Assembly (NCBI GenBank): GCA_964472515.1
Contig: CAYYMW010000001.1
Coordinates: 33,528 to 97,527 of the forward strand
DNA from: an uncultured Verrucomicrobiota bacterium
Lineage (GTDB): Bacteria > Verrucomicrobiota > Verrucomicrobiia > Limisphaerales > J093
Reading direction: 5' to 3'
DNA length: 64,000 nt
The translations under genes were made by a program, and so were the position numbers. Below, piece by piece: positions 1 through 9,370 of this stretch (the first letter of the stretch is position 1; every line of letters starts with the position of its first letter). The notes beneath the pieces were generated by a model that did not search any database, was not told where the DNA came from, and saw only the letters and a list, made by a program, of their open reading frames with translations.

Positions 1-28
1 TCAAGACCTCGTTCAGCAACTCGGACCA

Positions 29-595
29 ATGCAGCCAACGATACGTGCTGCGCAACTGAAGCGGTTTGAGCTGGCAGAAGAATTTTGGACTGACCGATGC
101 CTGGAGGAATTATTCTGTGATCTGTTTGCACAATACATCGGAGGCTGCGCCAACATTGTTTCGATGATTGACCTTTCAATGGCAAAAGGTCGCCCGACAT
201 ACGACATGGACAGCATGGATTATCCGCCTGACGCGGCCCGAGTGCGAGTATGCGCCGCGTCACTCACAACCTCCCAAGCAACTGAAGCCTCAACCGAGCT
301 TCTGTTGGCCGAATGGGAGGAATACGCGCAACAATTTAGCGACTCGCAATTCTATCGAGATGCGTGCGGGAACAATGTGCTCAAACAGCTTGGTAAGACG
401 GTAGTTGCCACTCTTGCGTCGGAAATGCCCAACCTTCCCAAAAACGAAGCGCCCCCGCCCGATGTTAAGGTCGCGTTCACACCAGCACAGACCCTGTCTT
501 TCGAGGATGCAATACAGCAAGGTTGCGCCGTCTTGGCTTGGAATCGCGATAATTTTGAATCTTGGTGGCAAGATGCACGCACGCGACTTGTATGA
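29..595 (+). CDS. hypothetical protein (possibly 5'-truncated by window edge)
   Basis: 188-aa ORF from the track. The frame stays open back to nt 2, so the true start may lie upstream. No motif recognised. Confidence 0.35.
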   Translation: MQPTIRAAQLKRFELAEEFWTDRCLEELFCDLFAQYIGGCANIVSMIDLSMAKGRPTYDMDSMDYPPDAARVRVCAASLTTSQATEASTELLLAEWEEYAQQFSDSQFYRDACGNNVLKQLGKTVVATLASEMPNLPKNEAPPPDVKVAFTPAQTLSFEDAIQQGCAVLAWNRDNFESWWQDARTRLV

Positions 596-608
596 AGGGC
601 AATCTGGG

Positions 609-2096
609 TCAGACCAATCGCCGTATCACGGAGAACCACTTTGCAACCGTCCCGTCTGACTCTAACGGCGGCAGGGTGACGCGGCGGAAGCCGCGTTCGC
701 AATGAACCAGGACGCACTCGTGGTCGCGGAGATTGCGCAGCTTGTGTGGCTTGATTTTGTGTTCCTCGGTTTCGGAGTAGTTGCTGCTTGCCCTTCCGGC
801 GCTGTAGCCCCACGAGCGTTTGACGACGCGCTTCTTGCCGAGGAAATCGGCGGCCTGAACGGCGTCGGCTTCATCGGCGGCGCGGAAGATGAGGCGGTTG
901 CGGAGGTTCAGCGTCAGCACCTTCGCCTTGTCGTTGCCGAGCGGGGGCACAAGTGAGGTCGTGCTCTGGGCAGCGGCGACGATGGTTGCGCCCGCTTCGC
1001 GGATCACGTCCACGCAGTTGTAATCGCTCGTGCCATCCTCGCTGGCGGTCATGAACCGCTGCGCTTCGTCGGCCCACAGGATGAGCAGGTTGTTCTTGGC
1101 GCGGTCGGCCTTGGCTTGGTCGAATCGGCGCAGGGCATGGTTGTAGTAGAGCAGTTTCAGGAACGTGTTCACGTAACGCCGCTCAGTCTGGAACTTTTGC
1201 GGCATCGTGGTGAGGATGATTCGGCCCTGGTCAATCGTGCTGAAGTGGAACGTGCTCTCGCCAGTGCAGAACACTTCTGCCACTTCGGGCGTGAGGAAGT
1301 ATTGGAGGTAATTGGCGATGGTTTCGCGGACACCGCCGAGTTGTTCGTCCGGTTGCGTGAGAAAGCGGTTGGCGAAGTGGGCGTAAACGGCTTCGCGGCG
1401 CGGCGTTTCCAGCAGCGATTCGAGGTTTTCCATTTCTTCCTCCAGCATCTCGCGGTCAGACAGAAGCTCAAACACGCCTTGCAGGGTCACCGGTCGGTTC
1501 AACTCGAACAGCATTTCCAGCGCATGGGCGATGTGCGTCTGTGCCTGACTCTTGAAGAATCCCTTGTCGCCGCCTTGGCCAAGACTTGTGGCAGTATCCA
1601 CGACGAACTTGGCGTAGGTCGTGAACGGGATGCTCCGGTCGCCGGTGAGGTTGTAGCGATGCGGCGGCGTCCACTGGCTATCCGCGTCGTTGGCGCGGAT
1701 TTGCAGATGGATCAGGTCGTGTTCCCGGCCGTAGTGCCGGGCCATCGCCGAGAGCGTCTCCCAATAGATCCCCTTTTCGTCGATGCACAGGCCGCCCCAC
1801 GTCAGCTCATTCCGGAAGACCTGGTGCGCGAGTTGGTTGATGCCGGAACTCGTCTTGCCTGACCCGGTGTCGCCGGTGATGAGCCAACCGCGACAAAACT
1901 GGTTTCGCCGCCACGTCAGCCCGCCCAGGCGCACGACAAATCCCCGCTTCGCTGGTGCGAACAAGAGCCACGCGGCTACCAGCGCCAATCCAAGCGCGCC
2001 AGCCAGCAGGAGGTATTGGGGCTGCCGGAGCATCAATTCCAGGTCCGGTGGGAATGCGATCGGACTGATTGGCATGAAATCCAGTTTCACGGCCAC
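609..2096 (-). CDS. type IV coupling protein (TraD/TraG/VirD4-family ATPase)
   Basis: 495 aa with an N-terminal hydrophobic segment. Walker A 'GDTGSGKTSSG' and Walker B-like 'LILWADEAQRF'. Overlaps the upstream gene by 10 nt. Confidence 0.85.
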   Translation of the reverse strand: MAVKLDFMPISPIAFPPDLELMLRQPQYLLLAGALGLALVAAWLLFAPAKRGFVVRLGGLTWRRNQFCRGWLITGDTGSGKTSSGINQLAHQVFRNELTWGGLCIDEKGIYWETLSAMARHYGREHDLIHLQIRANDADSQWTPPHRYNLTGDRSIPFTTYAKFVVDTATSLGQGGDKGFFKSQAQTHIAHALEMLFELNRPVTLQGVFELLSDREMLEEEMENLESLLETPRREAVYAHFANRFLTQPDEQLGGVRETIANYLQYFLTPEVAEVFCTGESTFHFSTIDQGRIILTTMPQKFQTERRYVNTFLKLLYYNHALRRFDQAKADRAKNNLLILWADEAQRFMTASEDGTSDYNCVDVIREAGATIVAAAQSTTSLVPPLGNDKAKVLTLNLRNRLIFRAADEADAVQAADFLGKKRVVKRSWGYSAGRASSNYSETEEHKIKPHKLRNLRDHECVLVHCERGFRRVTLPPLESDGTVAKWFSVIRRLV

Positions 2097-2449
2097 GCCC
2101 TCCCAATCAGGTAACCGGCCAGCAGGCTGGCGAGCGCCGCGAAGAATGCCGCCGTCCGGGTGATCCGGGCGGCAAGATGCGTCGAGGGCAGCTTCTTCAG
2201 GGCGTCCAGGAGAGTCGCCGACTGTGCCTGAAATGCCCGTGTCGTTTCCGCGAGCTTGGCGATGTCGGCCCGCACCAGTTCAAACGACGGCAATTCGCGC
2301 CGCCTCAAGTCATCCCAATGGCGCTGGTGGATGCGGAACAACTCGACCAGCAGCAACACCGCATCGTCCTCGCGCAGTCGGTAGCGTTCGCGCCAGTCGG
2401 CAACGGCCCGCTCGAAGTCGTCGTCAAAGTCCGGTTCGATGTTTGGCAT
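2087..2449 (-). CDS. hypothetical protein with C-terminal membrane anchor (transfer operon)
   Basis: 120 aa with an acidic N-terminus and hydrophobic C-terminus 'AAFFAALASLLAGYLIG'. Tightly packed between the ParA-like gene and the coupling protein gene. Confidence 0.5.
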   Translation of the reverse strand: MPNIEPDFDDDFERAVADWRERYRLREDDAVLLLVELFRIHQRHWDDLRRRELPSFELVRADIAKLAETTRAFQAQSATLLDALKKLPSTHLAARITRTAAFFAALASLLAGYLIGRAWP

Positions 2450-2452
2450 AGG

Positions 2453-3145
2453 CTACTTCGTTGGCAGAAGGAGTTCGGCGACTGATTCGATTTCCCCGTA
2501 GAGCTTGCGCTGCCACGTCTGGAGACGCTGCCGGTCGAGGAGACTGAACGCGGCGTGCTTGACCGCTGCGGTGATTGTGACGTTCTCAGCGTTGAGCATT
2601 TCGACGAGCCAATCCTGCAAGCGCGCCATCGCGATTTCGCGTCCGCCGAGCTTGTCCTTGAGCTGCGCCCGCACCTCCGAGGATTCAAACAGCGCGAAGC
2701 TGTCGCTGTGTGCCGCGTTGCGCACCACGACGTAACCGGACTGCTTGCCGAACTGGTCGGCGAGCCGCTGCACCTGGTCCACGCTGTCGGCCTCGTGATT
2801 CACCGGCATGACGAGCGTGAGTTGCGCACCCATCGCCGCGAGAACGGCGGGCAGGTCTATCTCGGCAAAGTATTCAATGAACAGGTCGGTCGAGGCCGCC
2901 CGGCAATCCATGACGACGAGTTGCGATTTCTCCAGCGCCGCAAAAATGCCGTCGAGTTCGCGGCGATTGTCCAGATCAAGAAACCGTGCGTCTGGATGAA
3001 ACCGCTTCAACGTCGAGTTCTCGTTGTCGGAATCAATCGCGACGTGCGCGATGCCCTTGTCCCTGAGGAACTGGACGAAGTTCACGGCAAAGAAGCTTTT
3101 GCCGACGCCGCCTTTGCCGTTGAGGATCAAATCAAGTCGTTTCAT
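2453..3145 (-). CDS. ParA/MinD-like P-loop ATPase (partition or transfer accessory)
   Basis: 230 aa with the deviant Walker A 'LNGKGGVGKSFFA' at the N-terminus, typical of ParA/Soj-type ATPases. Confidence 0.8.
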   Translation of the reverse strand: MKRLDLILNGKGGVGKSFFAVNFVQFLRDKGIAHVAIDSDNENSTLKRFHPDARFLDLDNRRELDGIFAALEKSQLVVMDCRAASTDLFIEYFAEIDLPAVLAAMGAQLTLVMPVNHEADSVDQVQRLADQFGKQSGYVVVRNAAHSDSFALFESSEVRAQLKDKLGGREIAMARLQDWLVEMLNAENVTITAAVKHAAFSLLDRQRLQTWQRKLYGEIESVAELLLPTK

Positions 3146-3564
3146 GTGGTTTGGGGTTTGAGCATCCGCACTTGGGCGATTCGCGGCCCGCGAGGGCGCG
3201 GCTGTTGGGAGTCGTCGCTGTTGCCATTGGCTGGTGGTTCGGCGGCTGGGAGTGCGTCCGGTGGCTGTTGTTGGACGGCTTCAGGGCTGGACACGCTGGG
3301 GACAACGGGCCGCTTGCGCCCGGGACGCCGGCGCGGACGAACGATTTCGCCCAGCACCTCATGACAGAACACGGCGACGGCCGTCTTGCTGGTCGGCAGG
3401 CAATGCTGCGTGAGCAGTTCGGCAATCGCGCGATACGATGCGCGCTTCTGCCGGAGTTCGGCGATGACTTCCTTGGCCGGGATCAGGTCCTGGAATTTCT
3501 CCGGACGGCGCGGCGTAAACTCCGCGACCGCCTGCCGGACAGTGGCTGGATCAAATGAGGTCAT
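3142..3564 (-). CDS. hypothetical protein, possible DNA-binding relaxosome accessory
   Basis: Internal ATG at 3564 chosen (MTSFDPATV...). The ORF track extension to 3711 is Arg/Pro-rich and looks non-coding. Contains an HTH-like stretch 'ASYRAIAELLTQHCLPTSKTAV' and a basic Pro-rich tail. Overlaps the ParA-like gene by 4 nt. Confidence 0.45.
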   Translation of the reverse strand: MTSFDPATVRQAVAEFTPRRPEKFQDLIPAKEVIAELRQKRASYRAIAELLTQHCLPTSKTAVAVFCHEVLGEIVRPRRRPGRKRPVVPSVSSPEAVQQQPPDALPAAEPPANGNSDDSQQPRPRGPRIAQVRMLKPQTT

Positions 3565-4019
3565 ACGCGGGAGTGTGGTGGATGTGGACGGGGAACTTCG
3601 TTGTCGGCGCAGTAGCCACGCAAAGGCGATGGAGCGCCGGTGACCGGGTCGAGGATGATTCCCGGTCGGCCCGCGGTTGCGGCCTGTTTGTGGACGCGGA
3701 CATTCCGGCATCCCGGACTAAACAGGGACAAATCGAAGACATGGCTTTTGCCTGACCTTGGCCGCTTTGGTCAGTTGCCGGTTCGTGGACACGGACAATT
3801 CGTTGCCACGACTGCGGGCGCGGAGAGAACGCAACTGCGGACTGCTCGCGTTCTGGGCTCTTGCGCGACTGTGCCCTGAACGTGGCCGAATCGGGTTCGC
3901 GGACAGGCCACTGCCGTGGCCGCAACGCGCTGCTGTTGCACGGCTGTTTCGCGGCCGCTCCGCGACTCATTCGCGGACGCAGAATCCTTGTGGCAACAAG
4001 GGGTAAGGCTTGTCCTGTC

Positions 4020-4274
4020 TTAATCATGATGTGAAACGCAATTCCTCTGTTGCTGGTTGAGTTCGTTGCGCCACTGCTCCAATTGCGCGGTCACGGCTTG
4101 AATGCGGGTAATTTGCTCGATGCTTACCACCTTCGCCCGCGCTTCCACGTGAGCGCCGAGTCGGGTCTCCGGCAGCTCAACGATGAGATTTGCTGCGTTG
4201 CGATTGATGTGTTCGCCAAACCGTTTCAGCACTTGGATGGCGGTTCGGATTTGACCGATCGTCGGTGTGTGCAT
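4020..4274 (-). CDS. hypothetical protein
   Basis: Internal ATG at 4274 (MHTPTIGQIR...) chosen within ORF 4020-4349. No recognisable domain. Confidence 0.4.
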   Translation of the reverse strand: MHTPTIGQIRTAIQVLKRFGEHINRNAANLIVELPETRLGAHVEARAKVVSIEQITRIQAVTAQLEQWRNELNQQQRNCVSHHD

Positions 4275-4276
4275 AA

Positions 4277-4555
4277 TCAGATGTGGATTCCGCGCGAAGG
4301 TTTGCGGCCGAGTTCGGGACGATGACTGTGCCGACGCTTGGGCAACCATTCGGCCCGTTGGACTTCCTCCGGGCGGACTGGATGTGCCCAGGGTTCACTG
4401 AATCCGAGACGTGCGGCGGCCTCCTCGGCGGCGAGCTTGGTGGGCGCTTCAACAACCGTGCGCAAAGGATCGCCCATGATGCGGGCGTGTTCCCGGTCCG
4501 TGTGGTAGATGCCCCAGAGTTGGTCGCCAGCCGCTACAGTCGTTCTCGTGCTCAC
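4277..4555 (-). CDS. hypothetical protein
   Basis: 92-aa ORF, adjacent to and co-oriented with 4020-4274. No recognisable domain. Confidence 0.4.
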   Translation of the reverse strand: MSTRTTVAAGDQLWGIYHTDREHARIMGDPLRTVVEAPTKLAAEEAAARLGFSEPWAHPVRPEEVQRAEWLPKRRHSHRPELGRKPSRGIHI

Positions 4556-4746
4556 ACCGTCAGTTCAGCACAAGGCGCGAGGGGGTGGATGTAGCATGAA
4601 CACAAAGTGCGCAATCAGTCCGATCCGTGTCCGGCTATTGGCCAGAGAATGCCTCGCGACGGGTCGGCAATCGTCCAACGTGCCTCCAAACACCTCCCCA
4701 ATCCCGCTTGTCATGTCGCGGGTCGCTGGAAACACTAGAACGCTCA

Positions 4747-5421
4747 ATGTTCAATATCATCAAAGGCTGGTTCGGCGAGAAGTTGACGACATTCGGCATG
4801 TGGTTGCGTCTGGATGAGGGCGTTTACCGGCGCATTGACGACATCATCCTTCCTTCGCCCAACGGCACGACGCAGATTGACCACGTGTTGGTTTCGACCT
4901 TCGGCATTTTCGTCATTGAAACGAAGAACATGCAGGGTTGGATTTTTGGCGGCGAGCAGGACGGCACTTGGTGTCAAAGCATCTACGGGCACAAGACCCG
5001 GTTTCAGAACCCGCTTCACCAAAACTTCCGCCATGTCGAATGTCTCGCTGGTTTCCTCCACCTGGACCGACAGGTGTTTCACTCCGTCGTCTTCTTCATC
5101 GGGGAATGCGAGTTCAAAAACCCCATGCCGCAAAACGTGCTTTGTTCGGGCTTGGGGAACTACATCAAGGGCTTCAACAAGACGTTGCTCGCGCAGCCGC
5201 AAGTGAACGACATCGAGGCCAGGCTTCGAGCAGTGAAAGCCAAAGGTGGACTCACCAAGGCGGACCACCTTGCATCATTGAACCAACGGCACGGGTCAAT
5301 GGACGTTTGTTTCAAATGCGGAGGGAGAATGGTCGCCCGCACGGCGAAAGCCAGTGGGAAGCAATTCCTGGGCTGTTCCAACTTCCCGAAATGCCGACAC
5401 ACCATCTGGCCGAAAGGATGA
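4747..5421 (+). CDS. NERD-domain protein with C-terminal topoisomerase-type zinc ribbon
   Basis: Start at internal ATG 4747 (MFNIIKGWFGEK...). NERD-like core 'IDHVLVSTFGIFVIETKN'. C-terminal 'CFKCGGRMVARTAKASGKQFLGCSNFPKCRH'. Confidence 0.75.
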   Translation: MFNIIKGWFGEKLTTFGMWLRLDEGVYRRIDDIILPSPNGTTQIDHVLVSTFGIFVIETKNMQGWIFGGEQDGTWCQSIYGHKTRFQNPLHQNFRHVECLAGFLHLDRQVFHSVVFFIGECEFKNPMPQNVLCSGLGNYIKGFNKTLLAQPQVNDIEARLRAVKAKGGLTKADHLASLNQRHGSMDVCFKCGGRMVARTAKASGKQFLGCSNFPKCRHTIWPKG

Positions 5422-6623
5422 ACACGCCGCGTTCTTCATCTCGCTGGCTCAACCGCACGGTGCTGGGCATCGGGTTGGCGTCATTGTTCAGCGATTGGTC
5501 GCACGAGATCGCCACCACGGTCATGCCGGCGTTTCTGGCGACGATGGGCGTGGCGGCGTTGTGGGTCGGTTTGATCGAGGGCGTGTCCGACGGGCTGTCT
5601 TCGTTCGCCAAGATGGCGAGCGGCTACTACACCGACAAGCTCGCCCGCCGAAAGCCGGTGGCGGTCATTGGCTATCTGGTCACGGCACTGGGAACGGCCT
5701 CCTTCGGGCTGGCGACGGCAGCCTGGCATGTCCTGATGGCGCGAGCATTTGCTTGGCTCGGTCGCGGAGTGCGGACGCCCGTGCGCAAGGCGTTGCTGGC
5801 CGGGGCAGTGACGAAGGAAACCTACGGTCGCGCGTTCGGATTCGAGCGAATGATGGACACTTTGGGTGCAATCGTTGGCCCGGCGAGCGCGTTCTTCCTG
5901 CTCGGGGTGTTCAATCACCATTACCCGACGCTCTTTGCGGTGACGCTCATTCCGAGTCTCATCGCGGTGGCGCTGATCGCGTTCGCCGTGCGCGAGAAGG
6001 AACGGAAGCCCGTGCCGCGTATTTCGTTTGGTGAACGGCTGCGATTGTTGCCGCCGCCTTTCCGGAAGTTCCTTGTCGCAGTCGGACTATTTGGCGCAGG
6101 TGACTTCGCGCACACTCTGCTAATTCTGCTGGCGACGCAAAAGCTCACGCCAGAGTTGGGCGCGGCCAAGGCGGCGAGCTTCGCGGTCGGGTTTTACGTG
6201 TTGCACAATGTCTTCTACGCCGGTTTCGCGTTCATCGCTGGCTGGCTGGCAGATCGCCTCCCCAAACATCTGGTGCTGGCAACGGGCTACGCGCTGGCGG
6301 CGGTGATGGCGCTGTCGATCATTTTCCTGCCCCTCACCGTCTGGACGCTCGGCGGAATCTTTGTTCTCGGCGGGGTGTATGTGGCCATCGAGGAAACGCT
6401 GGAGGACTCATTCTGCGCGGAACTTGTAAGCGAAGAACATCACGGCATGGCTTTTGGCACGCTGGCGACGGTGAACGGCGTGGGGGACTTCCTGTCGAGC
6501 ATCATCGTGGGTGCGCTGTGGACGGTCTTTGGGACAAGCGTGGCGTTTGGTTATAGCGCGGCGCTGTTTGCGACGGGAGCACTGCTGGTTGTGCGGTTGG
6601 GAAGCGGCGCTTCCAAAGGTTGA
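5418..6623 (+). CDS. MFS transporter
   Basis: Start at ATG 5418, giving an ATGA overlap with the NERD gene stop. About 400 aa with multiple hydrophobic helices. The 160-aa N-terminal extension in the track (from 4938) overlaps the NERD gene and is rejected. Confidence 0.8.
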   Translation: MNTPRSSSRWLNRTVLGIGLASLFSDWSHEIATTVMPAFLATMGVAALWVGLIEGVSDGLSSFAKMASGYYTDKLARRKPVAVIGYLVTALGTASFGLATAAWHVLMARAFAWLGRGVRTPVRKALLAGAVTKETYGRAFGFERMMDTLGAIVGPASAFFLLGVFNHHYPTLFAVTLIPSLIAVALIAFAVREKERKPVPRISFGERLRLLPPPFRKFLVAVGLFGAGDFAHTLLILLATQKLTPELGAAKAASFAVGFYVLHNVFYAGFAFIAGWLADRLPKHLVLATGYALAAVMALSIIFLPLTVWTLGGIFVLGGVYVAIEETLEDSFCAELVSEEHHGMAFGTLATVNGVGDFLSSIIVGALWTVFGTSVAFGYSAALFATGALLVVRLGSGASKG

Positions 6624-6638
6624 ATGTTGGAGTATCCC

Positions 6639-7223
6639 CTACAGCCATGCCTTTAGCCGCTCGCGAAGCAGATTGCGGGCGCGGTAGAGACGGGACTCGA
6701 CGGCCTTGGGAGTGGTCTGCAAGACGGCAGCGGCTTCGGCGACCGCCATTTCTTCCCATTCGCACAGCACGATGGCTTCGCGCATGTCGTTGGGGAGGTT
6801 CTGAACGGCGACGCGCACGGCTTCGGCGCGCTCGGTCGCAGCGGTCGCCTGATGTGGAGTCGCGATGCCGGATTGGAGCGTGTCGCCCAGGGTTTGTTCG
6901 GTGGTTTCGGATTCGGCGTCGAGCGAGACGGTTGGATGGCGGGAGCGCCAGCGAAACTGATTCCGCGCCAGATTGCCAGCGATGGTGAAAAGCCAGGTGC
7001 TGAACTTCTGGTCGGGCTTGTAGCTCTCGCGGGCGCGATAGACGCGGACGAAAGTGTCCTGCGCGAGGTCGTTGGCATCGTCCTCGTTTCCCAGCATCCG
7101 GCAGAGGAATCGAAATACCGCCGGGGCGTGCCGCTCCATGAGGTCGTTGAGCGCCGCATCGTGCCCGCCCACCAGCCTTGCCATGTCCGCCCGGTCCAGG
7201 GCTTCGGTGTTAGCGGTGTCCAT
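6639..7223 (-). CDS. ECF (sigma-70 family) RNA polymerase sigma factor, triad 1
   Basis: 194 aa. Region 2 'DLAQDTFVRVY...FSTWLFTIAGNLARN' and region 4 'AAVLQTTPKAVESRLYRARNLLRERL'. Last gene of an anti-sigma/sensor/sigma triad. Confidence 0.9.
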   Translation of the reverse strand: MDTANTEALDRADMARLVGGHDAALNDLMERHAPAVFRFLCRMLGNEDDANDLAQDTFVRVYRARESYKPDQKFSTWLFTIAGNLARNQFRWRSRHPTVSLDAESETTEQTLGDTLQSGIATPHQATAATERAEAVRVAVQNLPNDMREAIVLCEWEEMAVAEAAAVLQTTPKAVESRLYRARNLLRERLKAWL

Positions 7224-7704
7224 GCGGGTCGGTGGCGGCGGGAGACATGGTGCGCTCGATTTGCTCGTGGAATCCGAGCGTCAGGCGCTGCATCTCGGCG
7301 AGGTAGCGCCGGCCTTGCTCGGGCGGCATGATCTGACTGACTTCGCGAAAATGCTGGAGCATCGCCGCCTGGCACTGGGCGCGAACCGTTCCGACTTCGA
7401 TGAGCTTCTGTTCAACAGTGGCGGTGGCGTTGGTGGGCGAAACCAGCAACGCCTGCAACTCACGCTTTCGAGTGTCAATGCGTTCGCAGAACTCGCGGCA
7501 CTTGGGCAGATAGCCATCGTGGAGTTGGCGGACGCGGGCAAGCTCGACATCGTTCAGGCGAAACTCCAGGCGAAGCCAGGCGAGATCGTCCGTGGGGCGG
7601 GCCATGTGCTTGGCGCACCAGTAGGCCACGAGCCGCTGTCCGCCGAGGAACGCGGCAGCACCGGCCAGGAGCATGACGACGAGGATGAGCAGCGGGCGGC
7701 GCAT
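7210..7704 (-). CDS. membrane-anchored periplasmic metal-sensor-like protein (CnrX / CpxP-Spy-ZraP superfamily)
   Basis: 164 aa with an N-terminal TM segment and helical repeats. 'HFREVSQIMPPEQGRRY' resembles the CnrX/LTxxQ region. Conserved CxxxC 'CREFCERID'. Overlaps the sigma gene by 14 nt. Confidence 0.65.
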   Translation of the reverse strand: MRRPLLILVVMLLAGAAAFLGGQRLVAYWCAKHMARPTDDLAWLRLEFRLNDVELARVRQLHDGYLPKCREFCERIDTRKRELQALLVSPTNATATVEQKLIEVGTVRAQCQAAMLQHFREVSQIMPPEQGRRYLAEMQRLTLGFHEQIERTMSPAATDPHGHR

Positions 7705-7708
7705 GGGA

Positions 7709-8044
7709 TCAGTGCAAGATGTTGGGTGCGACGGTGGACAGGTAACGCTCTTGCGCCTGTTGCTTCACCACGTCGGCGCTGGAGACAAAGCCGGTCAATC
7801 CTCCCGCTACCAACAGCAGCGCAAGACCCGCCAGAGCGAAGCGCGGGAGAAGCAACCGCTCGGTCCAGCGTTGCAGCCACCCGACTGGGGATGCCATCGG
7901 GATGAGCGCGGCGTCCTCCTTTTCAATGCGCTGCCAGACGGATTCCTGGAAACGGGGCGGCAACTGCGCGACAGGCCTGGCTTCCAGGAGCAGGGCTCGC
8001 AGGCTTTCATCATCCATCTCTTGACGGTCGTCGTTCATAGTCAT
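7709..8044 (-). CDS. putative single-pass anti-sigma factor (CnrY position)
   Basis: 111 aa. Cytoplasmic 'LPPRFQESVWQRIEKED' followed by one TM segment. First gene of the triad, paralogous to 9990-10340. Confidence 0.55.
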   Translation of the reverse strand: MTMNDDRQEMDDESLRALLLEARPVAQLPPRFQESVWQRIEKEDAALIPMASPVGWLQRWTERLLLPRFALAGLALLLVAGGLTGFVSSADVVKQQAQERYLSTVAPNILH

Positions 8045-8272
8045 CGAATTGGCGGATCATCCGCCAGCAGAGGTTAAGGTTTTGCGACTCGGGTGGCAAT
8101 TGCATCAACGACGCATCAATAACGGAGTGTATCCCCGACGGGGGCGCTGGCACAACTCCGTTCACCGGAACGCGGAAGCTACCGCAAGGCCCAGAGTCAT
8201 GAACTGGCCTTTCCAACCAATCACAGTTTTGTTCGTTCAGCCATCGTTTCTGTCGCTGCTTGCCACTACCAG

Positions 8273-8300
8273 TTTACACCACGCCCGTCCGAATCCCTCA
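8273..8300 (-). promoter_or_regulatory. ECF-type promoter copy I (TGAGGGATTCG-N11-TGTAAA) facing triad 1
   Basis: Read on the minus strand. Same -35-like GAGGG block and 11-nt spacer as the other copies, but a weaker -10. Lies about 230 nt upstream of 8044. Confidence 0.4.
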
Positions 8301-8396
8301 AAGCTCCACTTCAATGTGTTCCACGGATTTTGCTGCTCATGGTCTGAATCCCTCGTGCGAGCGGGAATCGGAATGGTAGTCGATGTGGAACTTTTC

Positions 8397-8424
8397 TGAG
8401 GGTTTTCGACTGCCACGGCGTAAG
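8397..8424 (+). promoter_or_regulatory. ECF-type promoter copy A (TGAGGGTTTTC-N11-CGTAAG)
   Basis: Exact consensus copy, 51 nt upstream of ATG 8475 and divergent from copy I. Confidence 0.6.
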
Positions 8425-8474
8425 AGATGGACAGAACAACGCAGCGGACTCGCAGCACCATCAAAAGAGCCAAT

Positions 8475-8819
8475 ATGAAGAATTCAAAGACATTCTTGAT
8501 TATGAGCGCCATCGCGGTCGCTCTCTCATTCGCCGCCCAGGCAAACGCAGATGATAACGCGCTCCTGTCCCCCAAGGCGCGTCAATTGCAGGACAGTCTG
8601 CGCAGGCATCCGGGTGAAGATGTGGACATGCTTGACCGATCCGTGAAAGCTTTGTCGCCAAAACAGTTCGCATTGCAACAGTCACTGCGCCGGAGTTCCA
8701 CCCGCGAGAAGGACATGATTGTGAGGAACGCCATCTTGGGGAATGCACGGGGGCGGGCGAATAGCCGGACCGAGTCGCCCACGTGGGGATCACCTCGTTA
8801 TCTCGAGTCGGCCAGATAG
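8475..8819 (+). CDS. small secreted protein with two LSPK..LQxSLRR repeats
   Basis: Start at ATG 8475 gives the signal peptide 'MKNSKTFLIMSAIAVALSFAAQA'. The ATG at 8427 sits inside the predicted promoter/TSS region. Repeats 'LSPKARQLQDSLRR' and 'LSPKQFALQQSLRR' are reminiscent of LTxxQ motifs. Confidence 0.55.
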   Translation: MKNSKTFLIMSAIAVALSFAAQANADDNALLSPKARQLQDSLRRHPGEDVDMLDRSVKALSPKQFALQQSLRRSSTREKDMIVRNAILGNARGRANSRTESPTWGSPRYLESAR

Positions 8820-8888
8820 ATGCGACCGCATCACGTTCAAAGCCCACCGGAATACCCACAAGCTGGAGGCACATTACCGATACCAATC

Positions 8889-9329
8889 ATGGCAAAGATG
8901 ACGTTCAAGGTCGCCGGGCGTTCGGAAGCCCCGGCCCGCATCGCTGTTCAGGCGCGACAGTTCCAACTGGTGGTGGATGAACCCCCGGCGCTCGGTGGTG
9001 AGGACCAAGGGGCGAATCCGGTGGAATACATCCTGGCGGGATTCGCAGGCTGTCTCAACGTCATGGCGCACTTGATCGCCGGGGAAATGGGCGTGAAACT
9101 GCGGCGATTGGAGGTGGAGGCGTCGGGTGAACTGGATACGGACCGTCTTTTAGGGAAGTCCAAGAGCGTGCGGGCCGGTTTTCAGGAAATCAGAGTGGCA
9201 TTAAAAGTGGACTCAGATGCCGACGCAGCCACTCTGGCACGCTGGCTGGCGGCGGTGAAGGACCGCTGCCCCGTCTCGGACAACCTGACCAATTCCACCC
9301 CAGTGCAGATTGGTGTTGGCCATTGGTGA
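8889..9329 (+). CDS. OsmC/Ohr-family protein
   Basis: Start at ATG 8889 (MAKMTFKVAG...). 'GANPVEYILAGFAGCLNV' and the C-terminal 'DRCPVSDNL' carry the two conserved Cys typical of OsmC-like proteins. Confidence 0.8.
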   Translation: MAKMTFKVAGRSEAPARIAVQARQFQLVVDEPPALGGEDQGANPVEYILAGFAGCLNVMAHLIAGEMGVKLRRLEVEASGELDTDRLLGKSKSVRAGFQEIRVALKVDSDADAATLARWLAAVKDRCPVSDNLTNSTPVQIGVGHW

Positions 9330-9370
9330 ACGTGCCAACGGCGACCGAAGCTCACCCGTTCCACTTCTTC

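Noticed and set aside
4938-5417. 160-aa N-terminal extension of the MFS ORF in the track
   Set aside because: It overlaps the well-supported NERD gene in another frame and is Arg/Pro-rich. ATG 5418 with its ATGA coupling gives a normal MFS N-terminus.
8010-8216. 68-aa minus-strand ORF in the leader between promoter I and triad 1
   Set aside because: It overlaps the start of the anti-sigma-like gene in another frame and has no protein-like features. It probably lies within a 5' UTR. A short palindrome, ggcggatcatccgcc (8051-8065), is also present there, but its significance is unclear.
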